Assembly: GCA_046728795.1 (NCBI GenBank)
Contig: JBKPFJ010000006.1
Location: 1 to 58,792, forward strand
Length of the DNA: 58,792 nucleotides
Reading direction: 5' to 3'
Source of the DNA: Actinomycetota bacterium
GTDB lineage: Bacteria > Actinomycetota > Thermoleophilia > Solirubrobacterales > Thermoleophilaceae
Part shown: one piece after another, positions 17,891 to 26,212 of the stretch
How the letters are laid out: each line of letters begins with the position of its first letter
How positions within the stretch are numbered: position 1 is the stretch's first letter
Made by a program: the position numbers and the translations under genes
The notes under the pieces: generated by a model
Told to the model about the DNA's origin: nothing
The model's database searches: none
The model's input: only the letters and a program-made list of their open reading frames with translations

Positions 17891-19590
17891 GCGCGGTCTC
17901 GCCGCTCGTGGCCGTCCTCGAGAAGCGGGGGCGGCTCCTCGTGGCCGAGCCGCTCTTCGGCCGGGGTGCCAGGCCGGCGGTCGAGCGCCGCAACGCGCGT
18001 GAGGGCGACCTGGTACTGGTCGGCTCGGGCAAGCGCGGGGCCCGCGTGGTGCGCACCCTGGGCAGGCCCGACGTGGCCCGCGACGTGATCGAGGGGCTGA
18101 TGCTCGACCGCGGGCTGTACCGCGCCTACCCCCGCGCCGCGGCCGGTGAGGCGGAAGCTGCCGCGGAGGATCCCTACGCCGCACGTGACCGCGTCGACCT
18201 CCGCGAGCTGCCGACCTTCACGATTGATCCCGACGACGCCCGCGACTTCGACGACGCGATCTCGGCACGGGGCGAGGACGGGTTCGTGCGCCTCTGGGTG
18301 CACATCGCCGACGTGAGCGCCTGCGTGCGGCCGGGTGGGTCGCTCGAGCACGAGGCGCTCCGGCGCGGCGCCAGCGTGTACGTGCCGGGCGCGGTCGAGC
18401 CGATGCTGCCCGAGGTGCTCTCGAGCGAAGCCTGCTCCCTGCGCCCGGGCGAGGACCGGCTCGCCGTGACCGTGGAGATGGAGATGCACGGGACCGATGC
18501 CCGCGCGGTCCGCTTCCACCGCTCGCTCGTGCGCAGCGATGCCCGCCTCACCTACGGACAGGTGGACCGGCTGTTCGCCGGCAGCGGGCGCGCAGCGGAG
18601 CCTTGGGGCGGAGCGCTGGCCGCAGCGCGCTCGGTGGCGGCGGCGCTGACGGAGCGGCGCAGGCGGCGCGGATCGCTCGAGGTGACCGGGGCCGAGCCGG
18701 CGTTCGAGTTCGACCGAGAGGGTCACGTGACCGGGGTCCGCCAGGAGCAGCAGACGGAGTCGCACAGCCTGATCGAGGAGCTGATGATCCTGGCAAACGA
18801 GCAGGTGGCCGGGTACCTGGAGGACCGCCGCCTTCCGACGCTCTACCGCGTGCACGAACGCCCCGACCCCCAGTCCGTGGTGAGCCTCGTGGAGCGCCTG
18901 GCATCGCTCGAGGTCCCCACTCCGCCGCTGCCGGAAGACCTCAGCCACCAGCAGGCCGCCGACCTGGCAGCGGAGGTCTCGCGGATGACGGCCGCCTACG
19001 TGGAGGCCTCCGGCCGCGGCCGGCGGGGCTTCCGCGCGCTCGTTTTGCGCGCGATGAAGCAGGCCTACTACTCGCCGCGGAACCTCGGCCACGCCGGGCT
19101 CGCATCGCCCCGCTACTGCCACTTCACCTCGCCGATCCGCCGCTATCCGGACCTCGTGGCCCACCGAGCGCTGCTCCAGGGCCTCCGCATCGACGAGGCG
19201 GCGGCGCCGGCGCACGAGCTCGACGAGGCCGCCGTGCTGAGCTCCGCCGCCGAGCGCGCGGCGATGCAGATCGAGCGGGACGCGGACGACGTCTGCCTGA
19301 CCTTCCTGCTCGAGCGCAAGCTGTCCGAGGCCGATCGCGCGGACCCGCCGGCGTTCGCCGGCGAGGTCGTGTCGGTGATCCCGAAAGGCGCCTTCGTGTC
19401 CTTCGGGGGGGAGGGCTTCGAGGGCTTCCTGCCCGTCCGGCGCCTCCACGACTGGTGGAGCCTCAACGAGCAGGGGACCGCCCTGGTATCCGAGGGCTCG
19501 GGCCGCGAGCTGCGCCTCGGCGACCCGATCGACGTGGTCGTCGAGCGAATCGAGGCGCCCCGCGGCCGGGTCGACCTCGCGCCCGCTTGA
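17887..19590 (+). CDS. rnr: RNase II/R family 3'-5' exoribonuclease
   Basis: GTG 17887 overlaps the peptidase stop (GTGA). RNB motifs TIDPDDARDFDDAIS and HIADVS are present, with a C-terminal S1 domain (GEVVSVIPKGAFVSF). The first 442 aa of ORF 16561..19590 are an out-of-frame shadow of the peptidase gene. Confidence 0.85.
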   Translation: MSAVSPLVAVLEKRGRLLVAEPLFGRGARPAVERRNAREGDLVLVGSGKRGARVVRTLGRPDVARDVIEGLMLDRGLYRAYPRAAAGEAEAAAEDPYAARDRVDLRELPTFTIDPDDARDFDDAISARGEDGFVRLWVHIADVSACVRPGGSLEHEALRRGASVYVPGAVEPMLPEVLSSEACSLRPGEDRLAVTVEMEMHGTDARAVRFHRSLVRSDARLTYGQVDRLFAGSGRAAEPWGGALAAARSVAAALTERRRRRGSLEVTGAEPAFEFDREGHVTGVRQEQQTESHSLIEELMILANEQVAGYLEDRRLPTLYRVHERPDPQSVVSLVERLASLEVPTPPLPEDLSHQQAADLAAEVSRMTAAYVEASGRGRRGFRALVLRAMKQAYYSPRNLGHAGLASPRYCHFTSPIRRYPDLVAHRALLQGLRIDEAAAPAHELDEAAVLSSAAERAAMQIERDADDVCLTFLLERKLSEADRADPPAFAGEVVSVIPKGAFVSFGGEGFEGFLPVRRLHDWWSLNEQGTALVSEGSGRELRLGDPIDVVVERIEAPRGRVDLAPA

Positions 19591-19668
19591 CGCGTTTTGG
19601 GCGCGGCGGCAGCTACGGCGCGAGCGTCCCAGAAGACCCGGTATAGGCCATAACGCGCGACGTTCGGT

Positions 19669-19696
19669 GTTCGAGGCCCGTCCGAGGGCCCCGAAC
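19669..19696 (+). terminator. hairpin GTTCG-A-GGCCC-GTCCGA-GGGCC-C-CGAAC between rnr and smpB
   Basis: Two stacked 5-bp stems, read by eye. There is no U-tract. Confidence 0.3.
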
Positions 19697-19712
19697 GGCC
19701 ATACTCGTAACG

Positions 19713-20183
19713 GTGGCCAAGAAGAGGAAGGCAGCGCCGGGGGACGTGGCGACCAATCGCCAGGCCGCGTTTCGCTACCACCTGCTCGAGCGGCTCGAGG
19801 CGGGCATCGAGCTCCAAGGCTCGGAGGTGAAGTCCCTGCGCGACGGTGCCGTGCAGCTCAAGGACGCCTACGCGGAGGTGCGCGACGGCGAGGTCTGGCT
19901 CCAGCGGATGCACATCGCGCCGTACAAGCCCGCCGCACGCGAGAACCACGACCCGGAGCGACCCCGCAAGCTGCTCCTCCACCGGCGCGAAATCGAGCGC
20001 CTCGTGGGGAAGACCGCCGAGCGAGGGCTGACCATCGTCCCGACGCGGGTGTACTTCAAGGGGCCCCGCGCAAAGGTCGAGATCGCGCTAGCCCGGGGCA
20101 AGGAGCAGCGCGACGAGCGACGCACGATCAAGGAGCGCGACCAGCGCCGCGAGATCGAGCGCGCGCTCTCCGAGCGGCGCTAG
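19713..20183 (+). CDS. smpB: SsrA-binding protein SmpB
   Basis: NRQAAFRYHLLERLEAGIELQGSEVKSLR and a basic C-terminal tail (KERDQRREIERALSERR). Confidence 0.95.
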   Translation: MAKKRKAAPGDVATNRQAAFRYHLLERLEAGIELQGSEVKSLRDGAVQLKDAYAEVRDGEVWLQRMHIAPYKPAARENHDPERPRKLLLHRREIERLVGKTAERGLTIVPTRVYFKGPRAKVEIALARGKEQRDERRTIKERDQRREIERALSERR

Positions 20184-20602
20184 CCGCTCGGCGCCTTGAC
20201 GAGGATCCTGCGCGAAGCGGTGGTGCGGTCGTCTCCGCGTCTCGTGACTGCGGTCAGGCGCATGCGCACGCGGCCGCGGCGGCGAACGAGCCGCCGGGTG
20301 GCCCGGTTGAGGGTCACCCGCACGACGGCGGTCTTCCCACGCGCGATCGAGAAGCGCTTCGAGCCGGCGCGAGCGCCGCGTGCCCTGACGCCGAGCCTGC
20401 CGACGCAGCGCACCTCGGCTCCGGCCGGGCAGGTCACCGGCACCCGCAACAGCCCGCGCGGAGACATGCGGTAGACGCCCTGCTTCAGGCGTACCTTCGG
20501 GGCGTCCCCGCCGAACGGATCGACGTACCCCGGATCCGGCGTCTGCGCGGCGGCGGCGCCGGCGAACGACGCAAGCAGGAGCACGGCGAGAACGGAGCGC
20601 AC
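20180..20602 (-). CDS. hypothetical secreted protein
   Basis: GTG 20602 gives (M)RSVLAVLLLASFAGAAAAQTP, a clean signal peptide. The mature part is Arg/Val-rich with two Cys. An alternative ATG at 20668 abuts the tmRNA gene. The longest ORF (to 20905) is antisense to ssrA and was rejected. Confidence 0.5.
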   Translation of the reverse strand: MRSVLAVLLLASFAGAAAAQTPDPGYVDPFGGDAPKVRLKQGVYRMSPRGLLRVPVTCPAGAEVRCVGRLGVRARGARAGSKRFSIARGKTAVVRVTLNRATRRLVRRRGRVRMRLTAVTRRGDDRTTASRRILVKAPSG

Positions 20603-20670
20603 GAGTCGGAGCGAGCGTAGCGGAGGTGGGCGCTCCGGGCCGCCGCCCCCTAAAATAGATGGGGACATAT

Positions 20671-21040
20671 GGGGGCGTACTAGCTTCGACGTGGAGCTGA
20701 GCGTCTCGATGTGGCGAGTCGAGGACCCCGGTTGGCCTCGTAAAACTCTCCGGGAAACCAATAAGTGCGAACTCCAAGCACGAGTTCTCCCTCGCCGCTT
20801 AATTAGGTGAGGGAGTCGCGCCGGACGGCCCGCGGTCCGGGTAAGCGGCTTCAGATAGCGGGCTAACCCCGCCGGCAGAACCCTCGGCCGGAGGGGGACA
20901 TCCACAGGAGGGTGTGGCGCCGGGAACGTGCCCCGCGGATCGACCGACCCGGAGCGCCGAGATCAGACTCCGACGGGAACGCTCGTAGCAAGCATCGGGA
21001 TCGGGTTCCGCGGACGCCGGGGCAGAACCGGCCGCCTCCA
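20671..21040 (+). ncRNA. ssrA: tmRNA (SsrA), tag reading frame 20767..20802 encoding ANSKHEFSLAA
   Basis: 5' GGGGGCG pairs with 3' CGCCUCC, including a G3:U70 pair, followed by discriminator A. Conserved blocks UUCGACG, GGUUGGCCUCGUAAAA and GGACGC are present. The tag frame starts at a GCG resume codon and ends LAA-TAA. CCA is not encoded. It lies 0.5 kb from smpB. Confidence 0.85.
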
Positions 21041-21046
21041 CTCGCA

Positions 21047-21325
21047 ATGGACGACGCCCCCGTCATCGACCGCATCGAGCAGCTCGTGGACGAGGAGCAC
21101 CGGCTCTGGCGGGCGAGCTCCGAGGGCGCCGGCCTGAGCCGTGACGAACACGAGCGACTTCACGCCGTCCGCTCGGAGCTCGACCGCTGCTGGGACGCGC
21201 TGCGCCGGCGCCGCGCCGGCGCGGACCCGCGCCTCACCGACCTTGACGTGCCCGAGCCGCCGAACGAGCTCGAGGGCCCCGAGCCCGAGCCGCCTCACGC
21301 GGCGACGGGTCCCGAGGCCGACTGA
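21047..21325 (+). CDS. DUF2630 family protein
   Basis: ATG at residue 46 of ORF 20912..21325 gives MDDAPVIDRIEQLVDEEHRLW...ERLHAVRSELDRCWDALRRRRA. The upstream part of the ORF lies inside the tmRNA gene. Confidence 0.65.
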   Translation: MDDAPVIDRIEQLVDEEHRLWRASSEGAGLSRDEHERLHAVRSELDRCWDALRRRRAGADPRLTDLDVPEPPNELEGPEPEPPHAATGPEAD

Positions 21326-22484
21326 GCGGCGCCCGCAGCAGCGCCTCGCACACGGCGAGCGCCGCCTCGGCCGAGCCCCAGTGGAGGTTCTCCGGGAGGT
21401 CGGTCGGCCAGTGGTAGTTCGAGGGGAACATCGTGTGGGGATCGATCCCGCCCAGCGTGGCGGTGGCATAGCCGGCGCGCAGGGCGATGAGCCCGTCGGT
21501 GGCGGCGATCGTGCGCAGGCCGCGCCGCACCGGCACGCCCGCTTCAGCTGCGGCGGCGGCGAGCGCCTCCCGGCAGGCCGCGGGGTAGTCGCGCATCCGG
21601 AGCATGCCCTCGCCCTCCACCACGACGAGCTGGTGCGAGCCGACGCACTCGAGGCAGACGAACTCCGTGCTCTCGCGCGGGAGCGCCGCGAAGTGCCGCC
21701 GCCCGAAGGCCTGCATGCCCTCCATGAACGACTCCTCGGAGCCGGTGGACACGAGGAGCACCCGGACCCCCGGCACCGCGCGCACACGCAGCGCGTCGGC
21801 GAGTGCCACGAGTACGCCCACCGAGCTCAGGTTGTCGTTGGCGCCGGGGACGACGCCGCGCAGTCCGATATCGGCCATCGCCGCGGTGGCGCCGGCGCAG
21901 AAAACGGCGCCCAGGACTGACAGCCGCTTCGAGCCGAGCGCCCCGCCGAGCGCCGTGAGCAGGGGCCCGAGCCAGACGCCGAACAGGACCGGGACGTGGC
22001 GGTCGCTACGGTCGACGAGGTCGCTGAAGTGCTCGCGCGCGAAGCGCGGCAGCCCGGGGCTGTAGATAAGCCCCGAGTGGGCGGCGTCGTGGTGGGCTAC
22101 GAACACCACGGTCCGCTCGCCGACAGGGTCCCCGGCCTCGGCCACGACATTCCAGGTGGCGCGCCTCCCCAGCAGGCGGCGGAACCACAGCTTGCCGCCC
22201 CCGAGGTCGTCCCAGAGCCCGGCCGAGGCGAACGCCCCGGTCAGGGCCGCCAACGGGCGCCGGCCGCTCACGGCGGCCACCCCGCTTGCCGCGTTCAGGA
22301 GCCCGATCGGCCACCAGAAGCCGCCGTGGGCGCGCTCCTCCTCGACTCGCGCGTGCGCGCCGAGGTCGCGAAGCCGATGCGCGATCCACTCGGCCGCCCG
22401 GCGCTCGCCCTCTGAGGCGGAAGGTCGCTCGAACGCGGCCAGCGTCCGCACGGTCTCCTCGATCAGCTGGCGTGGGCGCTCCAT
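21234..22484 (-). CDS. M28 family metallopeptidase
   Basis: ATG 22484 gives MERPRQLIEETV. Motifs: FVAHHDAAHSG, NDNLSSVGVLVALA, STGSEESFMEGM. The last ~30 codons overlap the DUF2630 gene in antisense. Confidence 0.8.
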   Translation of the reverse strand: MERPRQLIEETVRTLAAFERPSASEGERRAAEWIAHRLRDLGAHARVEEERAHGGFWWPIGLLNAASGVAAVSGRRPLAALTGAFASAGLWDDLGGGKLWFRRLLGRRATWNVVAEAGDPVGERTVVFVAHHDAAHSGLIYSPGLPRFAREHFSDLVDRSDRHVPVLFGVWLGPLLTALGGALGSKRLSVLGAVFCAGATAAMADIGLRGVVPGANDNLSSVGVLVALADALRVRAVPGVRVLLVSTGSEESFMEGMQAFGRRHFAALPRESTEFVCLECVGSHQLVVVEGEGMLRMRDYPAACREALAAAAAEAGVPVRRGLRTIAATDGLIALRAGYATATLGGIDPHTMFPSNYHWPTDLPENLHWGSAEAALAVCEALLRAPLSRPRDPSPREAARARGPRARSAARARQGR

Positions 22485-22497
22485 GGGCGCCGGAAGC

Positions 22498-23457
22498 CTA
22501 GGGACCCGGCTCGGTGGGCGGGGCCGCCCGCTCGGCCGCCGCCGGGCAGCCCGGTACCCCGGTGGCCTGGCCAACGGCGTCGCGAATCGCGAGCGCCGCG
22601 ACCTCGGCGGCGACCGCGGAGAGGACCAACGGATCCACGCGCACGACACCGGACGCGAGGCAGCAGACGAAGTCGCCGTCCACCGCTGTGGCGCACGGGT
22701 CCACCGCTCGCGCCATCCCCGCGCTGCCGGCCCGGGACGCGAGCCAGGCGTCGGTCTTCGTAAGGGCGGCGTCGGTCATGAGGCACACGAGCGTCGTCGA
22801 CTCGCGGCTGAAACGGGGCGGGACCTCCCCGGCGAGCAGGAGGTCCAGGGTGCGCACGTAACTCCCGTCCCTCCAGATCCCGGCCAGCACCGCGCCGTCG
22901 TCGCCGATCACCTCGCCGAACGCGTTCACCACGGCGAGCGCCGCCACCGTCGCCCCCTGCAGCTCGAGCGAGGCCAGCCCGACCCCGCCCTTCGTCCACG
23001 ACGCGGCCCCACCGAGCTTGCCGACGGTGCAGCCCGTGCCGGCCCCCACGCTGCCCCGCTCGGGCTCCACTACCGCTGTCACACACGCGGCGTACCCGTC
23101 CGCCTCCGCGGGCCGCGCCGAGCCGTCTCCGAGCATGAGGTCGTAGACCACGGCCCCGGCCACGAGCGGCACCGGTCCCGCGGGCGCCATGTGTCCGCGT
23201 CCCCGCTCCTCGAGCCATCCGACCACGCCGTCCGCGGCAGCCAGCCCGAACGCGCTACCGCCGGCGAACAGGATCGCCTGCACGCCGGGGGCAGCCGAGG
23301 CGGGGGAGAGGAGATCGCCCTCGCGTGTGCCGGGGCCGCCGCCGCGGACCTCGCCGGCTGCGACGGCACCCTCCGGCGCGAGGATCACCGTGCAGCCCGT
23401 GAGGCCGTCGCGGTCGGTGGCGTGACCGGCTGTGAAGCCCTCGGGCAGGCGCACCAC
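22498..23457 (-). CDS. P1/S58 family peptidase (DmpA-like aminopeptidase)
   Basis: Motifs: GFTAGHATDRDGLTGCTVIL, GGGPGTRE, FAGGSAFGL, and a nucleophile region NTTLV-like STTLVCLMTDA. Confidence 0.85.
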   Translation of the reverse strand: MVRLPEGFTAGHATDRDGLTGCTVILAPEGAVAAGEVRGGGPGTREGDLLSPASAAPGVQAILFAGGSAFGLAAADGVVGWLEERGRGHMAPAGPVPLVAGAVVYDLMLGDGSARPAEADGYAACVTAVVEPERGSVGAGTGCTVGKLGGAASWTKGGVGLASLELQGATVAALAVVNAFGEVIGDDGAVLAGIWRDGSYVRTLDLLLAGEVPPRFSRESTTLVCLMTDAALTKTDAWLASRAGSAGMARAVDPCATAVDGDFVCCLASGVVRVDPLVLSAVAAEVAALAIRDAVGQATGVPGCPAAAERAAPPTEPGP

Positions 23458-23496
23458 GCGCGAGGGTACCGGCCACCCCCGGGTATACGGCAGACG

Positions 23497-24129
23497 ATGG
23501 CGCAGTCCGAGCCAAACGACGCCACGCCGTTCCTCCCCGAGGGGGGCGGGCTCGCGGCGCTACGCGAGGCCGCGGCCGCGTGCCGCGGCTGTCACCTGTG
23601 GCGCAGCGCCACGCAGACCGTCTTCGGTGAGGGCCTCCGCCGCTCCTCCGTGATGTTCGTGGGCGAGCAGCCCGGCGACCGCGAGGACCGCATGGGTCGT
23701 CCCTTCGTCGGTCCCGCGGGCCGCGAGCTCGACCGGGCGCTCGACGAGGTCGGCATCTCCCGCGACGACGTCTACATCACGAACGTCGTCAAGCACTTCA
23801 AGTTCGAGGAGCGCGGGAAGCGGCGGATCCACCAGACGCCGCGGAAGTTCGAGATCGACGCCTGCCGACCCTGGCTCGACGAGGAGCTGAAGGCTGTGCA
23901 GCCGCAGGCGCTCGTTGTCCTCGGCGCCACGGCCGCCAAGGCGCTCTTCGGCTCGTCCTTCCGCATCCGCCGCGACCGCGGCGAGCTGATCGACTCCGAG
24001 CTGGCCCCCATCGTCACGGCCACCGTCCACCCATCGGCCATCCTGCGCGCCGACGACGACGAAGCGCGACTCCTCGAGCGGCGGATGTTCACGGACGACC
24101 TACGGACGGTCGCGAAGGCGCTCGCGTAG
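23497..24129 (+). CDS. udgX: UdgX-type family 4 uracil-DNA glycosylase-like protein (covalent uracil-DNA binding)
   Basis: The 210-aa protein starts at ATG 23497. Motifs: motif A GEQPG (not GEAPG), Fe-S cysteines (CRGC, DACRPW), the R-loop insert KRRIH (FKFEERGKRRIHQTP) and motif B VHPSAILR. Confidence 0.85.
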   Translation: MAQSEPNDATPFLPEGGGLAALREAAAACRGCHLWRSATQTVFGEGLRRSSVMFVGEQPGDREDRMGRPFVGPAGRELDRALDEVGISRDDVYITNVVKHFKFEERGKRRIHQTPRKFEIDACRPWLDEELKAVQPQALVVLGATAAKALFGSSFRIRRDRGELIDSELAPIVTATVHPSAILRADDDEARLLERRMFTDDLRTVAKALA

Positions 24130-24142
24130 CGGGTCGGGCTCG

Positions 24143-24940
24143 CTAGGAGGGACCGCCGCGCAGCGCCACCGAGCGCTCCGCGACCGGCTGAAGGAAGTCG
24201 GGGAGGGGCCGCACGAGGCCCCTCCCGGTCTCCCGCTCCCAGATCTGCTCTAGCTGCGCTAGGTGCTCGTCCATCACCTCGTCGATCAGCGGGAAATCGG
24301 CGGCCCTCACCGCGGCGAGCGTGCGCTCGTGGATCTCGATCACCCAGTCAGGCACGAGGGGGGCGTGAACGGCCATGTCGCGGGCGATCTCTAGGCGTCG
24401 GAAGAGGTGGCGCATGAGCTGCACGATGGTCGAGTTCCTGGTGGCTCGGGCGATCACCAGGTGGAACTTGAGGTCGAGCTGTAGGAAGAGATCCTCGTGG
24501 CGGAGGAAGTCGTTCGCGGCGGCAAGCTCGCGCTGGCGGTCGATCACCCGCTGCATGGAGGCGAAGTCATCCTCGCCGGCGTGCACCGCGGCGAGCTGCG
24601 CCACCCGCGGCTCGAGCATTCGCCTGGCCTCGAGCACGCCGGCCACCTCTCCCACCCGGATGTCCGAGTAGGTGCGCAGGAGCTCCCGGGGGACCAGCTC
24701 CGAGCGCACGAAGATGCCCCCGGCCTGGCCGCGACGCACCTCGAGCACGCCCGCCTCGGCGAGGACCTTCACCGCCTCGCGGAGGGTCGGCCGGCTGATC
24801 CGCATCTGCTGGGCGAGCTCCCGCTCGGAGGGCAGCCGATCCCCGACCGACACGTCGCCCGACTTCACCTTCTCGGCGATCTGCTCGACCGCCTCCTCGA
24901 AGGTGCGTCGGGTGCTTACAGGCTCGAACCCGGCTTCCAA
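24143..24940 (-). CDS. GntR family (FadR/FCD subfamily) transcriptional regulator
   Basis: wHTH LPSERELAQQMRISRPTLREAVKVLAEAGVLEVRRGQ, plus a C-terminal all-helical FCD-like domain. Confidence 0.9.
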   Translation of the reverse strand: MEAGFEPVSTRRTFEEAVEQIAEKVKSGDVSVGDRLPSERELAQQMRISRPTLREAVKVLAEAGVLEVRRGQAGGIFVRSELVPRELLRTYSDIRVGEVAGVLEARRMLEPRVAQLAAVHAGEDDFASMQRVIDRQRELAAANDFLRHEDLFLQLDLKFHLVIARATRNSTIVQLMRHLFRRLEIARDMAVHAPLVPDWVIEIHERTLAAVRAADFPLIDEVMDEHLAQLEQIWERETGRGLVRPLPDFLQPVAERSVALRGGPS

Positions 24941-24953
24941 GTCGAGGTCGAGT

Positions 24954-26042
24954 CTACGCCGCAGCGCTCACCGGCGCGCGAGCAGATTCGACCCGTTCGA
25001 GGGCGTGCCGCTCGGTGACCTCGATCGGCGTCGCGCCCTCCGAAGCGGCCTCCTCGATCGCCTCGTCGAGGCGCTCCATCGCGCGGGCGATGCGCTCGCG
25101 GACGACGTCGTGCCCGCCCTTGCGCCACTCCGCCTCCACGTGGATCAGGCCGCCGCAGTTGGCCAGGAAGTCGGGCACGTAGAGGATGTCGCGCTCGGCC
25201 AGGGTACGTGCGACCTTCCTGCCCGTAAGCGGATTGTTGGCCGCCCCTGCCACCACCTTGCAGTCGAGTGAGCGGGCGATCGCCTCGTCGATCAGGCCGC
25301 CGCAGGCGCAGGGCGCGAGCACGTCCAGCTCGAGCGCCAGGATCGCCTCCGCCGACGGGGCGGCCTCCCCGTTGTGCACCGCCGCGAAGCGCTCGGCCCG
25401 GTCGTGGTCCAGGTCGCAGCCGATCACGTCTGCGCCCGCCGCGGCAAGCTTGCCGGCCAGCGCGGACCCGACCTTCCCGAGGCCGACCACGCCAACGCGC
25501 CGGCCCTCGAGGACGGCCGACCCGGTGGCCGCGGCCAGGCCGCGGCGGGTGGCCTGGAAGACCGTCTCCGCGGTCACCGGCGAGGGATCGCCGCCACCCC
25601 CGTGCTCCGCCGAGCGCCCCACCACGAAGCGAGTCTCTTCGCCGATCAGATCCATGTCGGCGGTCGTCGTGCCGATGTCCTCGGCGGTGATGTAGGCGCC
25701 GTCGAGCGCGTCAATCACGCGGGCGGCGGCGCGAAGGCGCGTCTCGCGGAGGTCATCCCTGCCGTCGTCCAGCATCACCGCCTTCCCGCCGCCGAGGTCG
25801 AGCCCGGCCGCCGACGCCTTCAGCGTCATCGTGCGCGCGAGCCCCAGGACGTCCTCGAGCGCGTCGCGAAGGCCGCCGGGATAGCGGCGCAGGCGAAGGC
25901 CTCCGAGCGCGGGGCCCAGGACGGTCGAGTGGATGGCGACGATGAAGCGCAGGCCGGTCTCGCGGTCCTGGCGGATCACCACCTGCTCGTGGTCGAGTTC
26001 GGCGGGGCTTGGGCCGGCGGGTGGCTGGATATCAAAGGTCAC
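24954..26042 (-). CDS. Leu/Phe/Val dehydrogenase (Glu/Leu/Phe/Val dehydrogenase family)
   Basis: Motifs: GPALGGLRLRRY, LGGGKAV (catalytic Lys region) and the Rossmann motif GLGKVGSALAGKLAAAGADV. Confidence 0.9.
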   Translation of the reverse strand: MTFDIQPPAGPSPAELDHEQVVIRQDRETGLRFIVAIHSTVLGPALGGLRLRRYPGGLRDALEDVLGLARTMTLKASAAGLDLGGGKAVMLDDGRDDLRETRLRAAARVIDALDGAYITAEDIGTTTADMDLIGEETRFVVGRSAEHGGGGDPSPVTAETVFQATRRGLAAATGSAVLEGRRVGVVGLGKVGSALAGKLAAAGADVIGCDLDHDRAERFAAVHNGEAAPSAEAILALELDVLAPCACGGLIDEAIARSLDCKVVAGAANNPLTGRKVARTLAERDILYVPDFLANCGGLIHVEAEWRKGGHDVVRERIARAMERLDEAIEEAASEGATPIEVTERHALERVESARAPVSAAA

Positions 26043-26069
26043 GACCCCTGACCATACAACGCGAATCGG

Positions 26070-26099
26070 TTGACTTCAAGCCGCAATTGGTCGGATAAA
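26070..26099 (+). promoter_or_regulatory. candidate sigma-70-type promoter TTGACT-N18-GATAAA for the oxidoreductase gene
   Basis: Hexamers read by eye in the relatively AT-rich 170-nt divergent intergenic region. Confidence 0.3.
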
Positions 26100-26156
26100 A
26101 AGGCCTGCTCAGAGCCGAAATCGCGGGATGAAGTTTGCGATCTGTTGTCCATGAAC

Positions 26157-26172
26157 GGTAAAGTTCGTTACC
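26157..26172. promoter_or_regulatory. inverted repeat GGTAA-N6-TTACC, candidate GntR-type operator
   Basis: 5-nt perfect arms with the GT..AC core typical of GntR operators. It lies 40 nt upstream of ATG 26213, between the divergent dehydrogenase and oxidoreductase genes. Confidence 0.2.
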
Positions 26173-26212
26173 CAATCTGAATCCGCCGCCGTCGCGGAGG
26201 AGGAGAGCGCGC

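Noticed and set aside
20603-20905. The upstream 100 codons of ORF 20180..20905.
   Set aside because: This part is antisense to the tmRNA gene and its translation is Arg-rich. A clean signal peptide begins only at GTG 20602.
20603-21400. The tmRNA gene as an integration site for a genomic island or prophage.
   Set aside because: I saw no integrase, no duplicated copy of the tmRNA 3' end and no compositional break downstream. The flanking genes are ordinary housekeeping or hypothetical genes.
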